Assembly: GCA_021796895.1 (NCBI GenBank)
Contig: JAKABN010000001.1
Span: 1-54,488 of the forward strand
DNA from: Thermoplasmata archaeon
GTDB lineage: Archaea > Thermoplasmatota > Thermoplasmata > Sysuiplasmatales > Sysuiplasmataceae
Length of the DNA stretch: 54,488 nucleotides
Direction: 5' to 3'
Numbering within the stretch: position 1 is the stretch's first letter; each line of letters opens with the position of its first letter. The position numbers were made by a program, and so were the translations under genes. Shown here piece after piece: positions 35,487-44,028 of the stretch. The notes beneath the pieces were generated by a model. It ran no database searches, was not told the origin of the DNA, and saw only the letters and a program-made list of their open reading frames with translations.

Positions 35487-38264
35487 TTATTTCTTCTCTT
35501 CTTCCTTGACGCCTGCTTCGGGTGCCTTCTCCGTGCTGTCTGCTTTCTTCTCTCCGCTCGTCTCTCCGCCCTTCAGATGCAGCCTGTGACCCGTGTATGC
35601 CATGAATGCGATGGCGACGGCTAAGAGCGTTATCAGTCCCCACAGCAGTGAACCCAGGCTCACTCCGCCCACAACGTTGTAATTCCATACGGGTTCGGAG
35701 TTGGACACAGCGAAGTTCTGAAGCGCGCTGCTGTAGCCGCCGTTGCCGTCAACGGCAGAGACGCCAAGTATGTAGTTGCCGTTGCCGAGATTCGAAGGCA
35801 CAGTGTACTGAAGTGATCCGCTCGTTGAGGTGACGGTGTATGTGACTGTGGAAGTGGATAGGCCAAGCACCTGAATCCCTATCGTATAGACGGGAGAGCC
35901 GGAGGACATCTGGTAGGTCGAGATGTGGTAGTATATCGTTATGTGCTGACCCGCCACGTAGGTTCCGGTCACATAGCTGGAACTGGACATTGTGACGAAG
36001 AGCTGGAAGCCGGTCTGCAGATATATTGAACTGTAGGCATTGACCGTTCTTCCGGAAGTGCTGTTGGCAGCGATGACTTCAATGGTGTAGCTGAACGAAG
36101 GCACTTTGGGCACGGTGAAAACAAACGACGTCTTCAGCGTGCTGCCGCTCATTATCGTGTTTCCCGCGTTGTCGGTTATTGTGTAGTAGTATGTCGGAGA
36201 TGAGAAGCCCTGGCCCATAACATAGTACGAGACCTTCACATTCTGGGACGGCACATAGTTGTTTACACCGGTGCTGAGCACCAGCATTGCCTCGGCAACC
36301 TGCACGTAAACAGTGGTGGAAGCCTGGTTTCCGGCGGCATCAGCTGCATTTACACTGAGGCGCATTTGGCCCCACAGTCCCTGAGGCAGCTGGAACGTGA
36401 TTGTTCCTGTGGAACTCGTTCCTGCTGTTATCGCTCCACCGTTGATGGCCGCGGAATAGGAGGCTGTTGCTCCTGTGACTGCACTGCCGTTCGTTACCAG
36501 CTGCCAGGCTGCGCTGAACTGGCTGCCGCTCACATACACTACCTGAGACGGCACAACCACCAGCGTGTACTGCGCTGTCTGCTTTATGAGGTCGAACGAT
36601 GTCGTTGATATGCTGTTCCAGCTGAATGCCGATGTGCTGGCGTTGACCGTGTATGTGCCCAGGGATGCATTGGACGGAAAGACAACGACGAAGGATGCCT
36701 GTCCCTGGCCGTCGGTGGAAAGTCCCTTCTGGCTGTAGGCAGAGAGCTGTTTGTCCATGAATGATATGTTTGCGTAAACCGTAGCACCGGCCACAGGTGA
36801 AGTCTGGAATCCCCTGAATCCGTTGACATATGCATTGACGGTGACAAGCACCGGCTCGCCGGGTGTGTACGATATGGATGATGTTGCCACGTCGCTGACG
36901 AGTTCGTTCACGCCGACATCAACTGTCGTCTGGGCACTGTGACCGTACTGGTCCGTAGCCTTCAGTGTGATGCTCACAACGGATCTGAAATTCGTTGAAG
37001 CGGGTATCTGTATGTTCAGGGCGCCTCCGGATACAACTCCGCTCTCAGTCTGCTTGCCTCCGCTGTTAGTGTAGTTGAGCGTGTATGTTACGCTTGCACC
37101 ATTAACCGGTGCGTCATTGGAAGTGTTAGTCACAGTGTAAAATATGGAGGCCGGTTCGCCCGGAACGTACGTGTATTCATTCGAATAGGCATGAATCGCG
37201 ATCGCCTGGAATGATATCACCGTCGAATAAAACTGGTAGCCGTTGGACGCTTCTGAAACATTGAATACGTAATAACCGTCCGGAACACTGTAGTTGACGT
37301 AATACGATGCATTCCAGTTGCCGGAATTCACGGGGCTGTTTGTCAGGTTGAAGTACGTTGTGCCTGTGCTGAGACTGACAATTGTGGCGTTGACATTACC
37401 GTCAAACGGCTGGAACTGTCCGTTGAATGTCAGCAGCAGTCCCTGACCGTACACGTTATTCGAGGACGGCGGAGATATGGTCACCTGGTTGTTTATGATG
37501 TAGTAAATACCATTGCCTGTCTGCGGATAACTCGCTGAGGAACCGGCCGGTGTTCCTGCAAAGTAAGCAGTAAGGTTGTACTTCGCCGGACCTATGTAGA
37601 CATTCGCTGCCGGGAAATTGACAAGGCTCACACCGAAATCATTCGGCGAATAGTATCCCACAAATTGCCGATAGCCGTTGGGGTAGCCGGCAGGTGTTGT
37701 CAGCAGATATATCTCAAGACCAGCGCTAGTGTTTCCGCTCATGGGATTGCCGAACTGATCGGTTGTTTTCGTGTACGCATAGACATCGCTTGTGCTGAGA
37801 ACATACATGTTGGGCGTGTTGTAGTTCGGGAGCGTCATCTCTATGGATGTCGAGTACACCGGATATAAGATTTTCAGGCTGGTATTCGCAATCTGCGTGC
37901 CAGCAATCGATGCTTCCAGCAGGTAGTTGCCGATAGGCATTCCTGTCAGATCAAAGAATTGAAAATTGGAAGAAACCCAGGACTGGTATGTTCCGGAGGA
38001 GGACGTTATCACATTCTGCGTGCTGACCGTCTGTCCGCCGGTGCTGTTCACGAGTGAAACCGTCACCAGCGTACTTGGCGCTGCGTTGTAAATACCGTAG
38101 AAGAGCGCTCCGTCAACTGTGAATTTCGACTGTACTGTTCCATAGGCGTTGTTCGCCGTCAGAGATGCCGATGTGGCGGCCGATGCGTTTCCCGTCGGAA
38201 CCACTATAAGCAGCGCTGAAACAATCACGAACATAGCGATCATGCATGCTGTTAATTTATTCAT
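35487..38264 (-). CDS. Large secreted, C-terminally anchored Ser/Thr/Asn/Tyr-rich surface protein (S-layer-like candidate)
   Basis: The signal peptide is MNKLTACMIAMFVIVSALLIVVPTGNASA. About 850 aa of beta-rich sequence with many sequons follow. The C-terminal TM helix is LLWGLITLLAVAIAFMAY, followed by a Lys/Glu-rich tail. Confidence 0.8.
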   Translation of the reverse strand: MNKLTACMIAMFVIVSALLIVVPTGNASAATSASLTANNAYGTVQSKFTVDGALFYGIYNAAPSTLVTVSLVNSTGGQTVSTQNVITSSSGTYQSWVSSNFQFFDLTGMPIGNYLLEASIAGTQIANTSLKILYPVYSTSIEMTLPNYNTPNMYVLSTSDVYAYTKTTDQFGNPMSGNTSAGLEIYLLTTPAGYPNGYRQFVGYYSPNDFGVSLVNFPAANVYIGPAKYNLTAYFAGTPAGSSASYPQTGNGIYYIINNQVTISPPSSNNVYGQGLLLTFNGQFQPFDGNVNATIVSLSTGTTYFNLTNSPVNSGNWNASYYVNYSVPDGYYVFNVSEASNGYQFYSTVISFQAIAIHAYSNEYTYVPGEPASIFYTVTNTSNDAPVNGASVTYTLNYTNSGGKQTESGVVSGGALNIQIPASTNFRSVVSITLKATDQYGHSAQTTVDVGVNELVSDVATSSISYTPGEPVLVTVNAYVNGFRGFQTSPVAGATVYANISFMDKQLSAYSQKGLSTDGQGQASFVVVFPSNASLGTYTVNASTSAFSWNSISTTSFDLIKQTAQYTLVVVPSQVVYVSGSQFSAAWQLVTNGSAVTGATASYSAAINGGAITAGTSSTGTITFQLPQGLWGQMRLSVNAADAAGNQASTTVYVQVAEAMLVLSTGVNNYVPSQNVKVSYYVMGQGFSSPTYYYTITDNAGNTIMSGSTLKTSFVFTVPKVPSFSYTIEVIAANSTSGRTVNAYSSIYLQTGFQLFVTMSSSSYVTGTYVAGQHITIYYHISTYQMSSGSPVYTIGIQVLGLSTSTVTYTVTSTSGSLQYTVPSNLGNGNYILGVSAVDGNGGYSSALQNFAVSNSEPVWNYNVVGGVSLGSLLWGLITLLAVAIAFMAYTGHRLHLKGGETSGEKKADSTEKAPEAGVKEEEKK

Positions 38265-38464
38265 ATAGGCACACCATGAGCATTTTCTCGGTTTTCATCG
38301 GTAGTTTCTGCTTTTAACTACCTTTCTAGACAAAAATCGAATAAGGATTCTCAGAACGTGTCTGAGGCCGATGATGCGGCAGACTCGTGACTGGCATACC
38401 GGGAAGCGGCAGTCAGGAACCGGGTTTTCCCCCGTTCCGGAAAACGGCGACGAGGGTCTCCGGC

Positions 38465-38920
38465 TCAGAAGGGAAGGATGTATGTCTCCTTCACCGTATT
38501 CAGGACCACCTGTGTCATCGTCCTCTCAATATACTCCATTGTCGCCACCTTCTTGATGAACGCATTTAGATCATTCCTGCTTGCAAATCTGGCAATAATT
38601 ATGGAATCCCACTCGCCTGTCACGTCATACACAGCGGAGATGTGCTTGTCGGCTGCAATTTTTCTCTGGACATCCATCAGCTTGCCTTTCGATATCTGGA
38701 CGCCGATGATGGCTGTCATGTCGTATCCCGTCTTCGAAGGATCAACAAGCGTGGAGTACCCCGTGATTACACCCTCGCCTTCCATCTTCTTGACCCTCGA
38801 GGAAACGGTGTTGAGAGACATGCCAAGCTCTCTCGCAATGTCTCTGTAACTCTTCCTGGCGTTCTCCTGCAAAACTCGCAGTATCGACAGATCCGTTCTG
38901 TCGAGCTCAAACTCGGACAT
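38465..38920 (-). CDS. Lrp/AsnC-family transcriptional regulator
   Basis: The sequence is LDRTDLSILRVLQENARKSYRDIARELGMSLNTVSSRVKKMEGEGVITGYSTLVDP followed by a RAM domain. The start is at MSEFELD. Confidence 0.9.
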   Translation of the reverse strand: MSEFELDRTDLSILRVLQENARKSYRDIARELGMSLNTVSSRVKKMEGEGVITGYSTLVDPSKTGYDMTAIIGVQISKGKLMDVQRKIAADKHISAVYDVTGEWDSIIIARFASRNDLNAFIKKVATMEYIERTMTQVVLNTVKETYILPF

Positions 38921-38992
38921 TTCTGGGGCTCCTTGAGACCTATATGCAACGGTGAATTTCAAACCTGCTGCCGTTCCTCGCACACGGCCGCC

Positions 38993-39514
38993 TCATATCT
39001 GCAGCCAGGTGTCGATGAAACTGTCCACGACATTGTCCAGAAATGTGGATCTGTATGTGATTATTACCCTGACAACCTCGTCGACGTCTGTGACCTCATA
39101 TGTCGTTCTGCTGCTCGATCTGTTCTCTTTCACTATGCCTGTCATGAGCAGTTTCCTGAGATGAAATGAAAGCGCGCTTTTTGTAAATTCAAACTGGGAC
39201 AGTATACCATCGAATGTGCTGTTTCCGTTCTGAACGAGGTATATTGCTATTCTCCTCGGTGTCTTCAGTTTCAGGACGGAAAGCATCTCCCTGTCAAATC
39301 TGCTTACCTTCTGCTGAACATAATACCTCTTTCTGAAACCGTCGTCAGCAGATGTGAGGAGTTTCAAATCCTCAAGTACTCCGAGATGATACTGCACGAG
39401 TCCGAATTGCATCGACAGTTCCCTCTCTATCTCCCTGGCATAGGTTCCAGGCCGTTCGCTGATGAACTGGAAGATCCTTCGTCTTGTTTCGAGGGATAAG
39501 GGGTCTTTTTCCAT
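38993..39514 (-). CDS. Transcriptional regulator with two ArsR-like winged-helix domains
   Basis: Domain 1 is RRRIFQFISERPGTYAREIERELSMQFGLVQYHLGVLEDLKLL. Domain 2 is RRIAIYLVQNGNSTFDGILSQFEFTKSALSFHLRKLLMTGIV. Confidence 0.8.
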   Translation of the reverse strand: MEKDPLSLETRRRIFQFISERPGTYAREIERELSMQFGLVQYHLGVLEDLKLLTSADDGFRKRYYVQQKVSRFDREMLSVLKLKTPRRIAIYLVQNGNSTFDGILSQFEFTKSALSFHLRKLLMTGIVKENRSSSRTTYEVTDVDEVVRVIITYRSTFLDNVVDSFIDTWLQI

Positions 39515-39526
39515 CCACTTCCCACA

Positions 39527-39790
39527 TTATTTGAACACTGATGCGTAGAAGAAGAACAGAACGGCAAGGTCAAGGATGCTCATCAGCGCAAGCAAATCCG
39601 CGTAAGCCGCGCTCCCTGTCAGCGCAATATAGAGAATGAACACCTCCTTGATGAAGTAGAAACCAAACGCGACAGAAAGCAGAGTCGTCTTCACGCTCTT
39701 CACTCTCAGCGAGCTGATGAGCGACACTACGAGCAGCAGCAGTGAGAAGCCCAGCACCAGGAATATCAGAAACAGCACAATTTCATTCAA
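39527..39790 (-). CDS. Small three-helix membrane protein (hypothetical), first gene of the regulator operon
   Basis: The 87 aa are almost entirely hydrophobic helices. The start is TTG. It lies 12 nt upstream of the double-wHTH gene. Confidence 0.55.
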   Translation of the reverse strand: MNEIVLFLIFLVLGFSLLLLVVSLISSLRVKSVKTTLLSVAFGFYFIKEVFILYIALTGSAAYADLLALMSILDLAVLFFFYASVFK

Positions 39791-40060
39791 CGGACCATCA
39801 TCCTTCGGTACAGGCGGGTCATTTACTTTAAACCTAAAGTAATATACTGTGAGGCACGGATAATCCTCAAATCCGGTTCACTTTCGAGTTGCCGCTTTAC
39901 GCCGATCGTGCCCCGCATGGGTGAGCCTGAGATGCCAACTCTCCCGCAGTGCCACTTTCCTCTGCTCAATTGCCCGGATTTTTGTAGCCAAAACGGTTTT
40001 CTAAACAATTATATAGTGTTATCACGAAATGAAACGACCGCACGGACAGATGTGATTAAA

Positions 40061-41380
40061 ATGGGCGCAAGGAAAAGGATGCTGCTTCTGGGGATTGCAA
40101 TTTCATGCATGCTGGCCGCGAGCATCGTTCAGGTTCAGTTACAGGTACATTCACAGGCTGCGGCTGCGACGGATGTCGCGCCACACACGCTTGTCACGTA
40201 TCCGAATTTCCGATTCCAGTCCATTCTCAACGGGTCTTTTTACGGCTCAAATTCCTCAACAACTCTTTTTTCACCGTTCGTTGTATCTAACGGCTCTTTT
40301 GTGCACGGAAGATATGTTAATTTTGTTATGGGCTATGGAAGCGAAGTATTGCCAAACTCTGTGAGCGTGAACGGACCTGAAATTTTCAATTTTCATCTTA
40401 ACCAGAGCCCGATATCCGGCTCCTCTTCCCAGTTATTCAGTTCCATGCTCTTTCTCTCCACATCTTCTTCATCTTTCACTCAGGGCGTCAAGGGGCCGAT
40501 TTTTTATCTCTATTCAAATTCCATGCTGATCATAATCCACGACGACCCTCAGGGAATAATGCAGTTTTACACCAACAATGAAACAGTATTCGTCTCCGTG
40601 TCTCTGTCCATCGGTCTGACACTTTCGAGCAGTCTCCAGTCAGGCATGCCTGTCCAGAAGAGTTTCAGCACGTTGACATATTCAAATGCGAACATGACCG
40701 GTTACATCATGACAGGCGGCCCCAACATGAGCTCCAACTCGACTGCGATCAATCAGATTTCCAGCTATTATGAGGTGCAGACAACTTTGGCCGCCTACTC
40801 GTTTCTCTCCACCTTCCAGGTGCCAAACACAGTCAGCACCTTCAACTCGGCCCTGACCTACCTGGCGCAGGGAATGGCAAAAGGGGTAGTGTCGTACCTC
40901 GCATCGGCGACCATGTCCGGCGGCGCTTTCTCTTACGAGTCTTCGTATGCTCTTCCGTCAGTATCTGTCACGTCGGTCAGCGCGCCGAAGGACGGCATCA
41001 GGCTGTCGGTGGACAGCAGCGGCATCGCCGGCGGGACGACAATGGTGTTCCTTTTCGGTGGAGGTCTTTACAATCTGACCGGAAGTCAGGCGTATGTTTA
41101 TGTCAACGGTGAAAGAGTTACACAGCAGTCACGGCTGACATCACTTATTCTTTCCGGTCCCGGTAATTCAACATCATATAATGTGAGCCGTATCGGCGGC
41201 TACACCATGGTTGCAGTCAGCTCTCCAAATCAGGTATCAGCCATTCTGCTTTCATCCTCCTCACCTTCATCAACAGGCATTTCTGTCTCAAATGCGGTTT
41301 CGGGACTGATTCCCCTTGTTGCGGCGCTGTCTGTGATTTCAATTGCATCTGTGGCGCTTTATAGAAGAAAATCAGCGTAG
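40061..41380 (+). CDS. Secreted, C-terminally anchored Ser-rich surface protein (hypothetical)
   Basis: The signal is MGARKRMLLLGIAISCMLAASIVQVQ. The body is Ser/Thr/Asn-rich. The C-terminal anchor is LIPLVAALSVISIASVALYRRKSA. Confidence 0.7.
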   Translation: MGARKRMLLLGIAISCMLAASIVQVQLQVHSQAAAATDVAPHTLVTYPNFRFQSILNGSFYGSNSSTTLFSPFVVSNGSFVHGRYVNFVMGYGSEVLPNSVSVNGPEIFNFHLNQSPISGSSSQLFSSMLFLSTSSSSFTQGVKGPIFYLYSNSMLIIIHDDPQGIMQFYTNNETVFVSVSLSIGLTLSSSLQSGMPVQKSFSTLTYSNANMTGYIMTGGPNMSSNSTAINQISSYYEVQTTLAAYSFLSTFQVPNTVSTFNSALTYLAQGMAKGVVSYLASATMSGGAFSYESSYALPSVSVTSVSAPKDGIRLSVDSSGIAGGTTMVFLFGGGLYNLTGSQAYVYVNGERVTQQSRLTSLILSGPGNSTSYNVSRIGGYTMVAVSSPNQVSAILLSSSSPSSTGISVSNAVSGLIPLVAALSVISIASVALYRRKSA

Positions 41381-41398
41381 CGTCATGCGTTTCCGCAG

Positions 41399-41983
41399 TC
41401 ACAGTTTGGAATTCGGCGTCTTCATTATCTTTATGGCGCCGGACTCCAGCGCAAGAACTGCTCCCGGCCTGCCGTTTGGAACACCGGAAATAATGTTCAT
41501 GCTTCTCTCGAGGAGAGCAAGTTCCCTCTTTTCCAGTGTGTGTGTATCCAGTGAAACCAGAAGAACAGAATCCCTGATTATCAGCAAATCCCTCACATGG
41601 TTAAGGAAACCCATGACAAGATCAAAACTGTTCTGATTTATCAGGTATTCAACTCCGTCGAGCATGACTATGCATGGCGAATTGTCCTTTGTGAACGAGA
41701 CGATTTTCTTCAGTATCAGGCTTGTCTGGGTCGGCTCCACACACTCCCTCCCGACAACATGCGTCAGCCATACGACGTTGGCCCCGTCGCCGTCATAGAT
41801 GGATTTTATCCTTTCAGGATATTCCCGTGTGATGAGCAGTGTCTTAAAACCCTGAACCGAGGTTTCGGCATAAATGTCAAAGAAGAAGGACGGCTTTGGT
41901 TCTTCAATAATATAAACTTCACCGGAGACAATGCGGTGCGAGTCAATTTCCAGCAAGATCCCCTTGGTTTGAGGCTGATCCAT
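41399..41983 (-). CDS. Stand-alone cytoplasmic DUF835-like protein
   Basis: It carries LLITREYPERI, VVWLTHVVGRECVEPTQTSLI and CIVMLDGVEYLINQNSFDLVMGFLNHVRD. These are collinear with the other two DUF835-like domains in the window. No P-loop and no TM helix are present. Confidence 0.8.
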   Translation of the reverse strand: MDQPQTKGILLEIDSHRIVSGEVYIIEEPKPSFFFDIYAETSVQGFKTLLITREYPERIKSIYDGDGANVVWLTHVVGRECVEPTQTSLILKKIVSFTKDNSPCIVMLDGVEYLINQNSFDLVMGFLNHVRDLLIIRDSVLLVSLDTHTLEKRELALLERSMNIISGVPNGRPGAVLALESGAIKIMKTPNSKL

Positions 41984-42144
41984 CGGTCAGTGGTTGCTGA
42001 CATCACCTTTAATACATGAAGTGCTCATTATCAACGCTGATTTTCACGAAGGAATCACCTTATTTGTGAGCCGGAAGAGAATACTGCACTGAAGTTTGAT
42101 GATTCCTGTTGCGAATTTCGTTCAGTTGCTGGAGTATAAAACGA

Positions 42145-44028
42145 ATGTCACTGAAAATCTGTCTCCTTCTCGCCATGGCCGCACTGCTGATTTTTCAGAT
42201 GCCGGTCCCGACAACGATGGTCTACGGACATGGCACTCAATTTCGCCAGTCTGCCGCTGTTTTCAGCGCGGCGTCGCCGTTTTCACCTGAAGGGACGCAT
42301 GAGACGCCGGTAACCTCCGCCTTTTCCGGCAGCTCGTCATCTCCGTCAGTGAGCGGCGCCTCTGTCACTCAGCTGAATTCTTCATTCATTGTTTCCACCG
42401 CCGGCACGTATGGCACAACGGTGGTATTCGCGCCGATCAGCGGAATGCCGTCCAATTTCACGATAAACAACAACTCCGCCGAATTGATTGACAGTCACGG
42501 CAGCACAGTTGCCGTTACAAACGGAATGTTTAACTCAGGCTTCTCCGGAATCCTTGCAAACTTCTCCGTGACGCTGCTGGGAAACGTCAGCGGAGGCCCC
42601 TTCGCGCTCTCAATCTCCTCCGGGAGCAGTGATTTCGAGCTGATGCCGGCCGGCATATCTTCGATACCGTCTGCGAATCCCGCCCTCTACGTGTTTCCTG
42701 TGAAACAGTACAGCGGCGGCCATGTCACGATAATGGTTTCGGGGCTTCCCGCGAACTATAACGCGGGTTATCCTGTCATAGACAACACTTCCATACCTTC
42801 TTCCCGCATAGGCACAGATGCAAACGGCGCAGGTTATGCAGGTATCACCCTGCCCGGAATTCCCGGCGGCAATTACACAGTCAGGATGCGTAATTATATG
42901 GCGGTGGAGGGAACAGGAACTGTTGTGCCGTTCATGTCGCTCATTCCATCATCTGGTCATGTCGGTCAGGACGTTCTTGCGCTTTTGACTGGCTTCCACC
43001 CTGACGGCACTGTGCACATCACATGGGCCGGAGCCAGATTCAACGTCAGCGGAAGGATGAACGGTTTCGGAAAAGGTGTCGTCGCATTTGCCGTGCCAGT
43101 TTCGGAGCACGGGTCCCACGAGATTTATGCAACCTCCTCCGGACAGAATGTGTCGTCTGTTTTCTCAATAAATCAGACTCTGATATCCCTGTCGGCGAGC
43201 AGTGGTTCTCCCGGAATGCCTCTTTCAATTACCGGAACAGGCTTCGTTCAGGGTGACACTGTAAGGCTGCTTGTTAACGGCCACGTGTACGGAGCAGTTT
43301 CGGCTTCCGTGGCTGCAAACGGCTCTTCCTTTATGTCACTGCGTGTGCCTGCTCTCACGGCAGGACTGTACGGCTTCGGGCTCGAGTCCGCATCCGGCCT
43401 TGTTTCAAACAGCACTTATTTCACCATCAGACCGCTGCTGGTTTCGACCGCCGTGAAGATCCGCCCAGGGCAAACAGTCCAGATCAGCGGATACTATTTT
43501 TCTCCCAATTCCGGTGTAGACTTATTCTGGTATTCCGGCAGGTCTTCAGCATCAGTGTCCAGTGGCAGCAACGGCTCATTCTCCTTCTCCGTCATCGTGC
43601 CGTCAATACCAGGGGGCCCTGAGCTCATCGGCGCCGTTGATGCGAGGGGTAACAATGCAACACCCATGATGATATTCATATCGCCGCTGATTTCATCCTC
43701 CGTCAGAAGCGGTTTCGCCGGACAGACCGTAGTTATATCCGGATCTGGTTTTTCGCCAGGGAGCCACATTTCGTTTCTCTGGGACGGCAACAGCACCGGC
43801 CGCACAGCGAAGACAAACGCCTCGGGCTCGTTCAGCTTCCCTTTCGTCGTGCCTGCCTCTGTTCCGGGAACTTACATTCTGTCGGTCAACAACACCAGCG
43901 CAGGTCAGATAATCTTCACTGTTCTTCAGACAGTTCCATGGACAGATTATCTTCCGGCAATTGTCATTCCGCTGATAACCGGCATTGGTGCATCGGTATA
44001 TCTCTGGCGCAGGAAGCACCGGAACTAA
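42145..44028 (+). CDS. Secreted, C-terminally anchored surface protein with four IPT/TIG-like Ig-fold repeats
   Basis: The signal is MSLKICLLLAMAALLIFQMP. The repeats resemble SGSPGMPLSITGTGFVQGDTVRLLVNG and GFAGQTVVISGSGFSPGSHISFLWDG. The anchor is LPAIVIPLITGIGASVYLWRRKHRN. Confidence 0.75.
   Translation: MSLKICLLLAMAALLIFQMPVPTTMVYGHGTQFRQSAAVFSAASPFSPEGTHETPVTSAFSGSSSSPSVSGASVTQLNSSFIVSTAGTYGTTVVFAPISGMPSNFTINNNSAELIDSHGSTVAVTNGMFNSGFSGILANFSVTLLGNVSGGPFALSISSGSSDFELMPAGISSIPSANPALYVFPVKQYSGGHVTIMVSGLPANYNAGYPVIDNTSIPSSRIGTDANGAGYAGITLPGIPGGNYTVRMRNYMAVEGTGTVVPFMSLIPSSGHVGQDVLALLTGFHPDGTVHITWAGARFNVSGRMNGFGKGVVAFAVPVSEHGSHEIYATSSGQNVSSVFSINQTLISLSASSGSPGMPLSITGTGFVQGDTVRLLVNGHVYGAVSASVAANGSSFMSLRVPALTAGLYGFGLESASGLVSNSTYFTIRPLLVSTAVKIRPGQTVQISGYYFSPNSGVDLFWYSGRSSASVSSGSNGSFSFSVIVPSIPGGPELIGAVDARGNNATPMMIFISPLISSSVRSGFAGQTVVISGSGFSPGSHISFLWDGNSTGRTAKTNASGSFSFPFVVPASVPGTYILSVNNTSAGQIIFTVLQTVPWTDYLPAIVIPLITGIGASVYLWRRKHRN
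42940..43925 (+). repeat. Four tandem ~75-aa Ig-like (IPT/TIG-type) protein repeats
   Basis: The recurring pattern is G..v.i.G.GF.p...v.l...g......v...G.F.f...VP....G.y. It appears in PSSGHVGQDVLALLTGFHPDGTVHITW, SGSPGMPLSITGTGFVQGDTVRLLV, RPGQTVQISGYYFSPNSGVDLFW and FAGQTVVISGSGFSPGSHISFLW. Confidence 0.55.

Noticed and set aside
38420-38450. Imperfect hairpin GGAACCGGG-TTTT-CCCCGTTCC downstream of the Lrp gene as a terminator
   Set aside because: The stem has a bulge. On the transcribed (minus) strand it is not followed by an oligo-T tract, so the support is weak.
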